Assembly: GCA_015068855.1 (NCBI GenBank)
Contig: SVJS01000006.1
Location: 10,105-74,104, forward strand
DNA length: 64,000 bases
DNA from: Oscillospiraceae bacterium
GTDB taxonomy: Bacteria > Bacillota > Clostridia > UBA1381 > UBA9506
Direction: 5' to 3'
Part shown: piece after piece, positions 11,204 to 22,218 of the stretch
Position numbering within the stretch: position 1 is the first letter of the stretch
Layout of the letters: each line of letters begins with the position of its first letter
The notes under the pieces: model-generated
The model's database searches: none
Told to the model about the DNA's origin: nothing
Seen by the model: only the letters and a program-made list of their open reading frames with translations
Made by a program: the position numbers and the translations under genes

Positions 11204-11659
11204 TTACTTTCTTTTCTTTTTATGAACAATTTTCTTATCCGCACTCTTAACCAAGGGCTTGCGAAGCTGAATCGCTGTGATGATGGACAGAACAATAAAA
11301 TAAAGCGCCATCAAAATGTAAACCGTTGCAACAGCCTTGCCTCTGTTAAAAGCGTGAATCCAGCCCAGCTTGGGAAGATACAAAATAAAGGAAGCCACAA
11401 AGGTGCCCAGGCAAACAGCGCTGTAATTCTTAGCGTCGTTTTTCTTTTTAATACCCCAAACAAGCAGGAAAATTCCAAGCAAAATGCTTAAAATCGCAAC
11501 AACAAGCAAAATCCAATAGGTCACGGTTGTGATCATGCTATTGCTGCTCAAAGCGGAATTTAAGTATAACAGAATCAAGGCGCCTGCCAGCAAAATGCCA
11601 AAATTAAGCACCAGTCTGTTTGTCAGTTGTTCCTTTTTCTCTCTTGTCATCATCGTCAC
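11204..11659 (-). CDS. hypothetical membrane protein (about 4 TM helices, Lys-rich C-terminus)
   Basis: 151 aa with four hydrophobic segments. It is co-oriented with and 36 nt upstream of glyA. I recognise no family. Confidence 0.6.
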   Translation of the reverse strand: MTMMTREKKEQLTNRLVLNFGILLAGALILLYLNSALSSNSMITTVTYWILLVVAILSILLGIFLLVWGIKKKNDAKNYSAVCLGTFVASFILYLPKLGWIHAFNRGKAVATVYILMALYFIVLSIITAIQLRKPLVKSADKKIVHKKKRK

Positions 11660-11692
11660 TCTCCAATTCGTTTCTGTTTGTGATGTTTATCG

Positions 11693-12427
11693 TCAGGACA
11701 GGTCGCCCCATTCATATAGCAGAATGGTCAGAGCAGCAAGTCCGGCTGTTTCCGTCCGCAAAATACGCGGACCCAGCGTGACACATTTTGCACCGAGCTC
11801 CTGTAAGAAAAGGACCTCTTTTTCTGCAAAGCCACCCTCAGGACCAATGAAAATACCCACTGATTTTGCCCTGTTTTCTTGTAACGCCTCTTGCATGGTA
11901 TGGCTTTTTTCTGCCTCATAGGGCAAAAGCAAAAACTCCGGCAAGGCCTCTCGTTTAAGGGAAGATAAGGCAACGGGAACACAAACCTCGGGGATTTTCC
12001 CTCGACCGCATTGTTTGGCTGCCGCTTCTGCGGTTTTTGCCCATCGCTGTTGCTTTTTTTCTGCCTGTTCGGCAGAGAGCCTTACAACGCTACGTTCCAT
12101 TTGCACAGGAACAATACGGCTGATGCCCATTTCTGTGCACTTTTCGATAATCCACTCCATTTTCCCCTGCTTGGGAAGACCCTGATAGAGCGTCACCTCG
12201 GTGGTCGGCTCCGTTTGGCTGGGATGAGAATCTAAAATATCCACAACTACCTGCTCCTTTGAAACCGACGAAACCTTTGTTTCAAAATCCGTTCCGTCAC
12301 CGTCACAAAGCAACAGCTTGTCCCCCGTTTGAACACGCAGAACCTTAACGAGATGAGCCACATCATCGCCTACAATACATGCTTTATTATCCTTAATTTG
12401 ACTTTTTTCTATGAAAAATTTTGACAT
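11693..12427 (-). CDS. rsmE: 16S rRNA (uracil1498-N3)-methyltransferase
   Basis: The RsmE pattern is present: MSKFFIE start, LYQGLPKQGKMEWIIEKCTEMG, IGPEGGF and RILRTETA. The start is placed at ATG 12427, which has a GAGGAG RBS 10 nt upstream. The track ORF extends to 12445. Confidence 0.9.
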   Translation of the reverse strand: MSKFFIEKSQIKDNKACIVGDDVAHLVKVLRVQTGDKLLLCDGDGTDFETKVSSVSKEQVVVDILDSHPSQTEPTTEVTLYQGLPKQGKMEWIIEKCTEMGISRIVPVQMERSVVRLSAEQAEKKQQRWAKTAEAAAKQCGRGKIPEVCVPVALSSLKREALPEFLLLPYEAEKSHTMQEALQENRAKSVGIFIGPEGGFAEKEVLFLQELGAKCVTLGPRILRTETAGLAALTILLYEWGDLS

Positions 12428-12597
12428 AAGAAAAAAACTCCTCAATTCTATACTTTAAGTATATCATTTGTCAATGGAATTGTCAAGGTTATTCGGGCTT
12501 TTCTCCGTCTTTCTGCACGGTTCTTTCCTGGCCGTTTTATAAGTATAAAGAACCACCGAAGTGAACAAACTAAGATATCAAAATAAGGAGAAAGTCT

Positions 12598-13746
12598 ATG
12601 CAGTCGTTTAAGGAACTATATGAAACTTTAACCAGGGCCGCCCTGCAAAATCATTTGGAGGAAACCATCCGGCACTTAGAGTCCGGCAACTATAATCCTT
12701 ACCATCTGGATTGCTTGTTACATCCCGAAAAACATCCGTTAATGATTAATACAGATGACGATGCAACGCTCTCTGATGAGGTAAATGTTGACGAAAACAC
12801 CATGCAGGTTTTAACGGATGCAAAAGAAGCGCTTCCTATGTTTCATGAGCTTTGCAATCGCAATCATCCTGTTTATGCCATGATTGCGCCGGCTTTCATC
12901 GGACAATTCAGCCATGAGGTCACACCGGGCAGACTCCGAACCGCTTTTAAGAAGCTGGGCTTTGCAGGCATGGTGGAAGTAGCGCTGTTTGCTGACATTC
13001 TGACCTTAAAAGAAGCCTTGGAATTTGACCGCAGCGTACAAAAGGAAGAAGACTACATTCTGACAAGCTGCTGTTGTCCCGTTTGGCTAAACATGTGTCG
13101 AAAAGCAGGGCTGATGGAGCACATCCCCGGCTCTGTTTCTCCCATGGTTGCATGCGGGCGCAGCATCAAACAGTTGCATCCTCATGCCGTGACGGTTTTT
13201 ATTGGTCCCTGCATTGCAAAAAAGGCGGAGGCTAAGGAGCCGGATATTTGTGATGCTGTGGACTATGTTTTAACCTTTCAGGAAATTCGCGAAATTTTTG
13301 ACCTGGCAAGCATTGACCCGGCGACATTAGAAGAAGATGAACGGGAGCACTCCTCCACTGCAGGGCGCATTTATGCTTTCAGCGGCGGCGTGAGTCGCGC
13401 GGTTCAATCCTGCTTATATAAAATCCGTCCTGAACGGACCCTGCCTCTGACGGTGCGCGGCGCCAACGGCGTCTCTGAGTGCAGAGCGCTGATTGAAGAT
13501 GTCAAAAACGGGAAACACGGTGCCAACTTTATCGAGGGAATGGGTTGTGTCGGAGGCTGCGTCGGCGGTCCGAAAGCGCTTCTTTCTTCAACCTTAGGGC
13601 AGGCCCATGTTGCCCGCTATGGCGACCAGGCAGACTATGCCTCCCCTGCTGAAAACCCCTATGTCATTGACCTGTTGCATCGACTCGGTTTTACAACCTT
13701 TGAATCCTTACTGGACGAAAACAGCATTTTTGCCCGTCATTTTTAA
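12598..13746 (+). CDS. [FeFe]-hydrogenase-like protein, H-cluster domain only, with no ferredoxin-like N-terminal modules
   Basis: 382 aa. The three H-cluster signature regions are recognisable: TSCCCPVW (aa 156-163), GPCIAKKAE (aa 203-211) and EGMGCVGGCVGGP (aa 313-325). IAPAF and FSGGV regions are also present. RBS AAGGAGA is upstream. Confidence 0.8.
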   Translation: MQSFKELYETLTRAALQNHLEETIRHLESGNYNPYHLDCLLHPEKHPLMINTDDDATLSDEVNVDENTMQVLTDAKEALPMFHELCNRNHPVYAMIAPAFIGQFSHEVTPGRLRTAFKKLGFAGMVEVALFADILTLKEALEFDRSVQKEEDYILTSCCCPVWLNMCRKAGLMEHIPGSVSPMVACGRSIKQLHPHAVTVFIGPCIAKKAEAKEPDICDAVDYVLTFQEIREIFDLASIDPATLEEDEREHSSTAGRIYAFSGGVSRAVQSCLYKIRPERTLPLTVRGANGVSECRALIEDVKNGKHGANFIEGMGCVGGCVGGPKALLSSTLGQAHVARYGDQADYASPAENPYVIDLLHRLGFTTFESLLDENSIFARHF

Positions 13747-13760
13747 GCTTGTCTTCTCCA

Positions 13761-13800
13761 AAAAAACACCCATCACAACATCTGTGACAGGTGTTTTTTA
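13761..13800. terminator. bidirectional hairpin terminator between the hydrogenase-like gene and mltG
   Basis: ACACCCATCACA-acatc-TGTGACAGGTGT (a stem with a 2-nt internal mismatch) is flanked by an A-run (13761-13766) and a T-run (13794-13799). Confidence 0.75.
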
Positions 13801-14817
13801 TTTTTTCATATTCTCTAAATGCTCCGCATAGGTGACTGCAAAACGATGCTGACCCGTGGAATCCAAAACGAAAAATAAATAGTCCGTCTTTTCCGGGTAC
13901 AGCGCCGCCTCAATGGCTTCAAGGCCCGGCGACGCAATCGGTCCGATGGGAAGCCCGGGATTCTGGTAAGTATTATAGGGAGAATTTATGTTCGTGTCAG
14001 CGATACTCAGCACCGTTTTTCGTTCTTTCAAAATATACTGCACCGTAGCGCAGGACTGTAAGTAAGGATATTCCCGGCTGTGCAAGCGATTATGGAAAAC
14101 GCCTGCCACCAGCTTTCTGTCAACATCTCCCATGGCCTCGCGCTCAATGATGGAGGCTAAGGTAATCACCTCATCATCCGTCATGGAAAGAGCTTTGGCA
14201 CGCTCGCGAAATGCCTCCGTGTAAATTTCATCAAAACGGGAAAGCATCGTGCGGATGATGGCTTCCTCGCCGTCATTTTCTGTAAAGAGATAGGTGTCGG
14301 GGAATAAATATCCCTCTAAACGATTGTCACGTTTAGGAAGCCCCCGCAGGAACCAATAATCAAAATCGCCGTTTTTGACAAGCTTTTCAAAGCGCTCGCG
14401 GTTAATCAGGCCGGCTGCTTCCAAAGTATCCGCAATCTGCCTGAGTTCATACCCTTCCGGGATTGTCACTCGCACCTGCTTGCCTGAATTCTGAGAATGC
14501 TTCAAAGAATGGAAAATCTCCTCATAGCCTGCATGTTCAGGCAGGGTAAACCGACCGTGCTGATAGGTTCCGTCATGACCGCCCAGCTTCGAAAAAACAC
14601 GAAACCAGAAAGGTTGCTCGATGATGTTATTCTCTTGCAGCATCTTTGCAATATCTGCTGTTCCACTACCCTCTTTGACCGTGATTTCCACCGTTTTTTC
14701 GCCAGAGTGACCATGATAATCCTGCCAGACAGAAAAACTGTACAGAAAAGCAAAGGCAATCACAAGCAAGCCTAAAAACATATTATTTTGATTTTTTTTG
14801 CGTTTTCTCTTTGCCAT
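13798..14817 (-). CDS. mltG: endolytic murein transglycosylase MltG (YceG-like)
   Basis: It has a Lys-rich N-terminus plus a TM helix, then the YceG domain (ITLASIIEREA, GVFHNRL, LQSCATVQY, NTYQNPGLPIGPIASPG). The start is set at ATG 14817, with AGGAGG 7 nt upstream. The track ORF starts at 14844. Confidence 0.9.
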   Translation of the reverse strand: MAKRKRKKNQNNMFLGLLVIAFAFLYSFSVWQDYHGHSGEKTVEITVKEGSGTADIAKMLQENNIIEQPFWFRVFSKLGGHDGTYQHGRFTLPEHAGYEEIFHSLKHSQNSGKQVRVTIPEGYELRQIADTLEAAGLINRERFEKLVKNGDFDYWFLRGLPKRDNRLEGYLFPDTYLFTENDGEEAIIRTMLSRFDEIYTEAFRERAKALSMTDDEVITLASIIEREAMGDVDRKLVAGVFHNRLHSREYPYLQSCATVQYILKERKTVLSIADTNINSPYNTYQNPGLPIGPIASPGLEAIEAALYPEKTDYLFFVLDSTGQHRFAVTYAEHLENMKK

Positions 14818-14850
14818 CGGTTGCCCTCCTTTGTAAGAATACAAACTGTC

Positions 14851-15858
14851 TCACAGTTTTAAGTTCGGCACGGCGTTTAAGTGACTGTCTGCAAAAACAC
14901 CCTGCTTGTAAAGGTAATATCCGGCACAGCCTATCATGGCTGCATTATCTGTGCATAAAACAAGAGGCGGATAGTAAAGGCTGATGCCCTCTTTTTCTGC
15001 CGCACCGTCAAAGGCTCTGCGCAGTGCACCATTGGCGCTGACGCCACCTGCAAGCGTTACGGTTTTAACCCCGCGCTCACGCGCCGCTGCCATGGTATGA
15101 CCAACCAAAGCTTCTACAACAGCCGATTGGAACGAGGCGGCCAAATCTGCCCTGCAAATTAGCTCCCCTTTTTGCTCCTGTTTGTGGACATAGTTTATAA
15201 CGGCTGTTTTCACACCGCTGAAACTGAAATCATAGCAACCGTCACCAAAGCTGACTCTTGGGAAAACAACGGCATCATTCTTTCCTTCCTCTGCTAATTT
15301 TTCAAGCTTGGGCCCGCCGGGATAGCCAAGGCCCAGCACTCTTGCAATTTTATCAAAGGCTTCCCCTGCCGCATCGTCCCGTGTTCTGCCTAAGATTTCA
15401 AATTCCGTATAATCTTTAACATAAACAATATGACTATGGCCACCCGATGCAACCAGACACACAAACGGCGGTTTAAGCTCCGGATGCGCGATATAGTTCG
15501 CCGCAATATGCCCATGAATGTGGTTCACACCAACGAGGGGCAGCTTGCGTGCCGCGGCAATGGCCTTTGCCGCTGAAACGCCGGTTAAGAGCGCACCAAC
15601 AAGGCCCGGTCCATAGGTTACAGCAATGGCTGACAGGTCAGAAAAACCGCAATTTGCTTCTTCCAATGCCTTTCCAATGACACCCGGAAGCTGCAAGACA
15701 TGGTTGCGGGATGCAATTTCCGGCACAACACCGCCATAACGCTCATGAATCGGAATCTGGGATGAAATCACATTGGATAAAACCTTGCGTCCGTCACAAA
15801 CAACAGAGGCGGCGGTTTCATCGCAGGACGATTCTATAGCTAAAATCAGTTCATTCAC
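14851..15858 (-). CDS. tsaD: tRNA N6-adenosine threonylcarbamoyltransferase
   Basis: 335 aa. Motifs are [12 protein letters not shown], the HIHGHI metal site, GGHSH and GGVSAN. Confidence 0.96.
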   Translation of the reverse strand: MNELILAIESSCDETAASVVCDGRKVLSNVISSQIPIHERYGGVVPEIASRNHVLQLPGVIGKALEEANCGFSDLSAIAVTYGPGLVGALLTGVSAAKAIAAARKLPLVGVNHIHGHIAANYIAHPELKPPFVCLVASGGHSHIVYVKDYTEFEILGRTRDDAAGEAFDKIARVLGLGYPGGPKLEKLAEEGKNDAVVFPRVSFGDGCYDFSFSGVKTAVINYVHKQEQKGELICRADLAASFQSAVVEALVGHTMAAARERGVKTVTLAGGVSANGALRRAFDGAAEKEGISLYYPPLVLCTDNAAMIGCAGYYLYKQGVFADSHLNAVPNLKL

Positions 15859-15882
15859 AATCCATTCTCTCCTTTATCCGCA

Positions 15883-16332
15883 TCAAGGGGCTTCGTGTAA
15901 AAACAGGGTCATTAAAATGGCATCTTCTTTGCCCTCATAATACCTGTTTCGCCGTCCCACAACAGTAAATCCCATTTTTTTGTATAACGCCTGCGCTGCC
16001 TCATTACTCTCACGTACCTCTAAGGTCAGGCAGCTGAGGTTTTTGTCCCGTGCGTAATCAATAAAATACTGAATCAGCCTTTTGGCCAAACCACGCCGTC
16101 TGTAAGCAGGATGCACAGCGACATTGGTAATCTGCCCCTCATCTGCCACGCACCACAGGCCCATATATGCCACCGGGGTTTTGCCGTCTACAAGCAAACG
16201 GTATTCCGTTACGGGGTTTGTAAGCTCGCCCGCAAACATCGCCAGTGTCCAGGGCGTGACAAAGCATTGCTTTTCAAGCTCTGCAAGGCTATGTAAATAG
16301 TCTTCGGTTAGGTGGGTCATCACAATGTCCAT
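15883..16332 (-). CDS. rimI: ribosomal-protein-alanine N-acetyltransferase (GNAT)
   Basis: The GNAT core is VAVHPAYRRRGLAKRLI and EVRESNEAAQALYKKMGF. It lies between tsaC and tsaD, as in many Firmicutes. The start is placed at ATG 16332 (MDIVMTHL). The track ORF extends to 16398, which overlaps the upstream gene. Confidence 0.85.
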   Translation of the reverse strand: MDIVMTHLTEDYLHSLAELEKQCFVTPWTLAMFAGELTNPVTEYRLLVDGKTPVAYMGLWCVADEGQITNVAVHPAYRRRGLAKRLIQYFIDYARDKNLSCLTLEVRESNEAAQALYKKMGFTVVGRRNRYYEGKEDAILMTLFLHEAP

Positions 16333-16348
16333 TCTTTTCCCGCCTTTA

Positions 16349-17389
16349 CTAAATGCGCTCGGCCCGTGTTTCCACAACATCTGACACAACTCGGCCACCG
16401 GCCGCCTTTAACATACGATTTTTAAGGGCCGGAACAATACCGCCTGAGTCCGCCGGCAGTTCCGCTATAATCAGTTCAACGCCCCAGTCATCCATCTGCC
16501 TAAGGGCATCAAACAGACTATGGGCATAGGCTGCGGCATCTGTGCCGCAAGGCACAACATACTCTGCGTCATACGGATGACGTGTGCAACATAAAACGCC
16601 GGTCTTATTGCCTTTTTCTTTTGCTTCGTTAAGAAATTCCTCTATGCGTTTTTCCTCGCCTGCATCCACTAAAAGAAGCTCTGCTTTTGGCGCATAATGA
16701 CGATATTTCATGCCGGGGCTTTTCGGTGTTTTCTCTGCATCCTGTAAGGCCGGCTCATAACGAACCTCCCCTAAAACCATTTGCAAGGCCTCCAGGCTAA
16801 CACCGCCGGGCCGTAAAATTTGCGGCACCTCGCCTGTCATATCTAAAACCGTGGATTCAAGACCCACCAGGCAGGCACCACCATCAATAATGTAGTCCAC
16901 TCGGCCCGACAAATCGGCAATCACATGAGATGCACGCGTCGTGCTGGGGCTGCCGGACAGATTGGCGCTGGGCGCCGCAACGGGCACACCGCTTTTTTCA
17001 ATCAAATGCAAGGCTGCCGGATGGTTCGGCATGCGAACTGCAACCGTTTCAAGCCCTGCCGTAACAGTATGAGAAATTAAATCGGATTTTTCTAAAATAA
17101 TGGTAAGCGGCCCCGGCCAAAAGGTTTCCATTAACTGCGCGGCCGCAGCAGGAACGGATTTCACAACGCTGTTAAGCATGTCCCTGTTACTCACGTGCAC
17201 AATCAGGGGATTATCCTGCGGGCGTCCTTTGGCTTCAAAAATGTGCCCAACGGCCGCTTCATCAAGGGCGCTGGCACCCAAACCATAAACCGTCTCTGTG
17301 GGGAAAGCGACCAATTGTCCCGCTGAAAGGGCTTCTGCCGCCTCATCTAAAACCGATAAATCATTTTCTACTTGAATTATTTTCGTCAT
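16349..17389 (-). CDS. tsaC: L-threonylcarbamoyladenylate synthase, long Sua5 form
   Basis: 346 aa. It has the YrdC domain (FPTETVYGLGA, KGRPQDNPLIVH, SANLSG) plus the C-terminal Sua5 domain. Confidence 0.93.
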   Translation of the reverse strand: MTKIIQVENDLSVLDEAAEALSAGQLVAFPTETVYGLGASALDEAAVGHIFEAKGRPQDNPLIVHVSNRDMLNSVVKSVPAAAAQLMETFWPGPLTIILEKSDLISHTVTAGLETVAVRMPNHPAALHLIEKSGVPVAAPSANLSGSPSTTRASHVIADLSGRVDYIIDGGACLVGLESTVLDMTGEVPQILRPGGVSLEALQMVLGEVRYEPALQDAEKTPKSPGMKYRHYAPKAELLLVDAGEEKRIEEFLNEAKEKGNKTGVLCCTRHPYDAEYVVPCGTDAAAYAHSLFDALRQMDDWGVELIIAELPADSGGIVPALKNRMLKAAGGRVVSDVVETRAERI

Positions 17390-17408
17390 AAACCATCATC
17401 CCTTAAAC

Positions 17409-17440
17409 GGAAAAACAGGCAACCACAGAAGCCGCCTGTC
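17409..17440 (-). terminator. rho-independent terminator after pfkA
   Basis: Minus-strand hairpin ACAGGC...GCCTGT (17415-17420 / 17434-17439) is followed by TTTTTCCGTTT. It lies 9 nt downstream of the pfkA stop. Confidence 0.6.
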
Positions 17441-17448
17441 AACCGTTA

Positions 17449-18629
<1,181 letters not shown>

Positions 18630-18656
18630 AACAGCTAACCTCCTGCTAAATTATAA

Positions 18657-20567
18657 TCAATCCTTTTTCTTGGTCTTAATTTCCTCTAACAGCATGTCTA
18701 AGAATGCTTCCTTTGTCATAGAACCCATATCAGCCGCACGACGGGCACGAACAGAAACGGTTCCTTCTTCACATTCTTTGCCGCCCACAACCAACATGTA
18801 AGGCACTTTGCTCATTTGTGCTTCACGGATTTTATAGCCGATTTTTTCGTTACGTGTATCCACCTCAACACGTACGCCGTTTTTCTGTAACAGCTCGGCA
18901 ACTTCGTTTGCATAAGCATGATGTGCATCGGCAATCGGCAGAACCTTAACCTGAACGGGGGCCAGCCATGCGGGGAATGCACCTGCAAAATGCTCAATCA
19001 AAATACCGATGAAACGTTCAATAGAGCCAAAGGCAACACGATGAATCATGATGGGACGATGTTTCGCACCATCAGCACCTGTATATTCCAGTTCAAAGCG
19101 CAAGGGTAACTGGAAGTCAAGCTGAATGGTACCGCACTGCCAGGTACGGCCGATGGAGTCTTCCAGATGGAAGTCAATTTTCGGGCCGTAGAATGCACCG
19201 TCGCCTTCGTTAACAACGTAGTCAAGCCCTAAATCATCCAACGCTTCACGAAGCGCGTCTGTTGCCATTTCCCAATCCTCATCACTACCCATGCTGTCCT
19301 CCGGACGGGTGGAAAGTTCAACATGATATTTGAAGCCAAAGAGGTTATACACCTCATCAATCAGCTTGGCAACGCCCTTAATTTCATCACGGATTTGTTC
19401 CGGCATCATGAAAATATGAGCATCATCCTGGGTAAAGCAACGAACACGCATGAGACCATGGAGCTGACCGGATTTTTCATGACGGTGAACCAAGCCAAGC
19501 TCGCCCATTCTGAGGGGCAGGTCACGATAGGAACGGGGCTCTGCCTGATAAACCAAAACGCCACCCGGGCAGTTCATGGGCTTAATGGCAAAATCCTGCT
19601 CATCAATCTCGGTTGTATACATGTTATCCTGATAATGATCCCAGTGACCTGAGGTTTCCCACAGAGAACGATTTAACATAATCGGTGTGGAAATTTCCTG
19701 ATAGCCGTTCCGTTCATGGAGCTTGTGCCAATAATCAAGCAGCAGGTTTTTCAAAATCATACCCTTAGGCAGGAAGAACGGAAAACCGGGGCCGGCTTCA
19801 TTCATCATGAAAAGTCCAAGCTCACGGCCAAGCTTTCTGTGGTCACGCTTTTTGGCCTCTTCCATCATGGTCAGGTAAGCTTCCAGCTCGGACTTTTTCG
19901 GGAACGCCGTACCGTAAATACGTTGCAGCATTTTATTCTGTTCACTACCGCGCCAGTAAGCACCGGCAACACTTGTTAAGGAAAAGGCCTTAACAGCACC
20001 TGTTGAGATAAGGTGCGGGCCGGCGCAAAGGTCTGTAAACTCGCCCTGCTTATAGAAGGAGATTTCCTCGCCCTCGGGAAGGTCCTCAACCAGCTCTTGT
20101 TTATAGATTTCTCCGGCTTCTGCAAAATATGCAATCGCGTCAGCACGATTCATGGTAAAACGTTCAACTGTCAGGTTTTCCTTAACAATTTTACGCATTT
20201 CCTCTTCAATTTTTTCCAGAATTTCAGGGGTAAAGGAAACTTCGCAGTCAATATCATAATAAAATCCGTTCTCAATGGCCGGACCAATGGCAAGCTTTGC
20301 CTCGGGATACAGGCGTTTCACTGCCTGCGCTAAAATATGAGATGCCGTATGACGGAACACGTTCCGACCTTTCGGGTCATCAAAGGTTAAAAAGTTGACA
20401 GAAGCATCCTCAGAAATTGTCTGAAACAGCTCGGTCACCTCGCCGTTTACCTCAGCCGCTAAGGCTGCACGTTGCAGACCGCCGCTGATATCGCCTGCCA
20501 GGTCAAAGAGCGTTTTCGACGATTCAACCGGGAGCTGACTACCATCCTTTAATGTAACATGAAACAT
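18657..20567 (-). CDS. thrS: threonine--tRNA ligase
   Basis: 636 aa. It has TGS and second-additional domains (HTASHILAQAV), class II motifs (FRHE..SG.LHGLMRVR, GTIQLDF) and an anticodon-binding C-terminus. Confidence 0.97.
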   Translation of the reverse strand: MFHVTLKDGSQLPVESSKTLFDLAGDISGGLQRAALAAEVNGEVTELFQTISEDASVNFLTFDDPKGRNVFRHTASHILAQAVKRLYPEAKLAIGPAIENGFYYDIDCEVSFTPEILEKIEEEMRKIVKENLTVERFTMNRADAIAYFAEAGEIYKQELVEDLPEGEEISFYKQGEFTDLCAGPHLISTGAVKAFSLTSVAGAYWRGSEQNKMLQRIYGTAFPKKSELEAYLTMMEEAKKRDHRKLGRELGLFMMNEAGPGFPFFLPKGMILKNLLLDYWHKLHERNGYQEISTPIMLNRSLWETSGHWDHYQDNMYTTEIDEQDFAIKPMNCPGGVLVYQAEPRSYRDLPLRMGELGLVHRHEKSGQLHGLMRVRCFTQDDAHIFMMPEQIRDEIKGVAKLIDEVYNLFGFKYHVELSTRPEDSMGSDEDWEMATDALREALDDLGLDYVVNEGDGAFYGPKIDFHLEDSIGRTWQCGTIQLDFQLPLRFELEYTGADGAKHRPIMIHRVAFGSIERFIGILIEHFAGAFPAWLAPVQVKVLPIADAHHAYANEVAELLQKNGVRVEVDTRNEKIGYKIREAQMSKVPYMLVVGGKECEEGTVSVRARRAADMGSMTKEAFLDMLLEEIKTKKKD

Positions 20568-20583
20568 AACACATTTCCTCCTA

Positions 20584-22218
20584 TTAAAATTCCGCCGTTA
20601 CATCGGCGGCCATCGCATTGTCATAATCAAAGGCGATAACACGATTACCGATAGGTACAAAACGGAGTTTTTTATATAACACAACCGGCTTTATGCCGGC
20701 ATATTGTTCAAAGTAAAGCTTGACACGCTCAGGCTGTTTTAGGAAAGCAAAGGCTTTTTCCTTTAAGCCATCCTCTGTTTTCATAAAGCTGAGCGAATCA
20801 CGATGCGTCAGGCAGTAATCATAGATGAGCCTATGGGTGACGCCCACATCAAATTGTTTGTCACAAGCAAAACGATACAGAGCTTCAAACCGTGCCTTTT
20901 GTGCCTTGCCTGCCACGTTTTCCCGTTCCAAAAATGATGCCATTTCCTTAAAAAATTCAAATTCACGTCCGGGATAATACCGGTCTAACAAATACTTCAT
21001 TGTTTCCGTGTAGGCACCGCTGTTATAATAGCAATCCAAAACATCCTCAACGGCATGCAACAATAAAAGCTCTTCATAGGACATAGCATCGCTATGAATA
21101 ATCTCATACGGCGGAAAATCTGAAAAGGCACTACCGTCAAGCTGCAAGGCTGCCCCTTTTAAGCGTTTTAGGAAGCCCAGCTGCAAGGCTTGCGGCCGCA
21201 GGGCAATCACATTGTGAAAAGACTCAACAAATTCCGTTAAGGTTTCGCCGGTAAGACCGGCAATCAAATCTAAATGCAGGTGCATGTTATGATGCTCAGA
21301 CAGCGCTCGCACAACGGAATAAAGCGCTTCAACAGCCGGCTTGCGATTGATGTTTTGCAGGGTTTTCGCATTGGTGCTTTGCACTCCGATTTCAAGCTGA
21401 AACATCCCTTTGGGAGCTGATTGCAGAGCCGAAATCAAGGGTTTTGTCATGCTTTCCGCACGAATTTCAAGGTGATAGCATGTGCTGCCACCTGACGACT
21501 TAATCAAATTGATGATGGAAAGGGCACGCTCAGGGTCTGCATTAAAGGTTCTGTCCACCAGTTTAACCAAGGGGACGTTATGTGCATGAAAGAACGCAAC
21601 TGCCTGTGCAACCTTATCCAGGGATAAAAAACGAAGACTGCCGGCGCCACCTGATAAGCAAAAACTGCAACGGTAGGGACAGCCCCGGGAGGTTTCAAAA
21701 TAAACGAGCCGGTTTTGCAGGGCGGCAATATCTTCCTCTGTATACGGAAACGGCAACTCATCCATAACCGCTTCCTGCGGTGCTAAGGGGCTCGAAACAA
21801 CCTCCCCTGCCTGACGATACCAAAGCCCCGGGACAGTTTGAAAGCTACCGTCTTCTAAGGCATCTACGAGAAGTGAAATGGAGGGCTCGCCCTCGCCACA
21901 AAGAACAAAACTGACGTCCGGATGAGTCAAAAGCTGTTCTTCGGGGTTAAAGCTAACCTCAGGACCGGCCAGCCCCAAGCGAAAGCCACAATCTGTTTTC
22001 ATCAGAATTTCGCAAACACGGTACACCAGTTCAATGTTCCAGATATAGCTGGAAAACACAATGTCCCGCTGACCTGTTTGATACAGTTCAGCTGCAATCC
22101 GGTCGGCACGGTCAGAAATGGTATACTCTAAAAAGCTGCATCGGCTGTCTATCCGGGATAGGTACCGAATGGCCAAATTGCTGTGAATATACTTAGCGTT
22201 GATACCGACAAGCAGCAC
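20584..22218 (-). CDS. B12-binding-domain radical SAM protein (DUF4080-type C-terminus)
   Basis: 544 aa with a GTG start. It has an N-terminal cobalamin-binding-like region, a CPYRCSFC (Cx3Cx2C) radical SAM motif at ETSRGCPYRCSFCLS, and a long helical C-terminal domain. Confidence 0.85.
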   Translation of the reverse strand: MLLVGINAKYIHSNLAIRYLSRIDSRCSFLEYTISDRADRIAAELYQTGQRDIVFSSYIWNIELVYRVCEILMKTDCGFRLGLAGPEVSFNPEEQLLTHPDVSFVLCGEGEPSISLLVDALEDGSFQTVPGLWYRQAGEVVSSPLAPQEAVMDELPFPYTEEDIAALQNRLVYFETSRGCPYRCSFCLSGGAGSLRFLSLDKVAQAVAFFHAHNVPLVKLVDRTFNADPERALSIINLIKSSGGSTCYHLEIRAESMTKPLISALQSAPKGMFQLEIGVQSTNAKTLQNINRKPAVEALYSVVRALSEHHNMHLHLDLIAGLTGETLTEFVESFHNVIALRPQALQLGFLKRLKGAALQLDGSAFSDFPPYEIIHSDAMSYEELLLLHAVEDVLDCYYNSGAYTETMKYLLDRYYPGREFEFFKEMASFLERENVAGKAQKARFEALYRFACDKQFDVGVTHRLIYDYCLTHRDSLSFMKTEDGLKEKAFAFLKQPERVKLYFEQYAGIKPVVLYKKLRFVPIGNRVIAFDYDNAMAADVTAEF

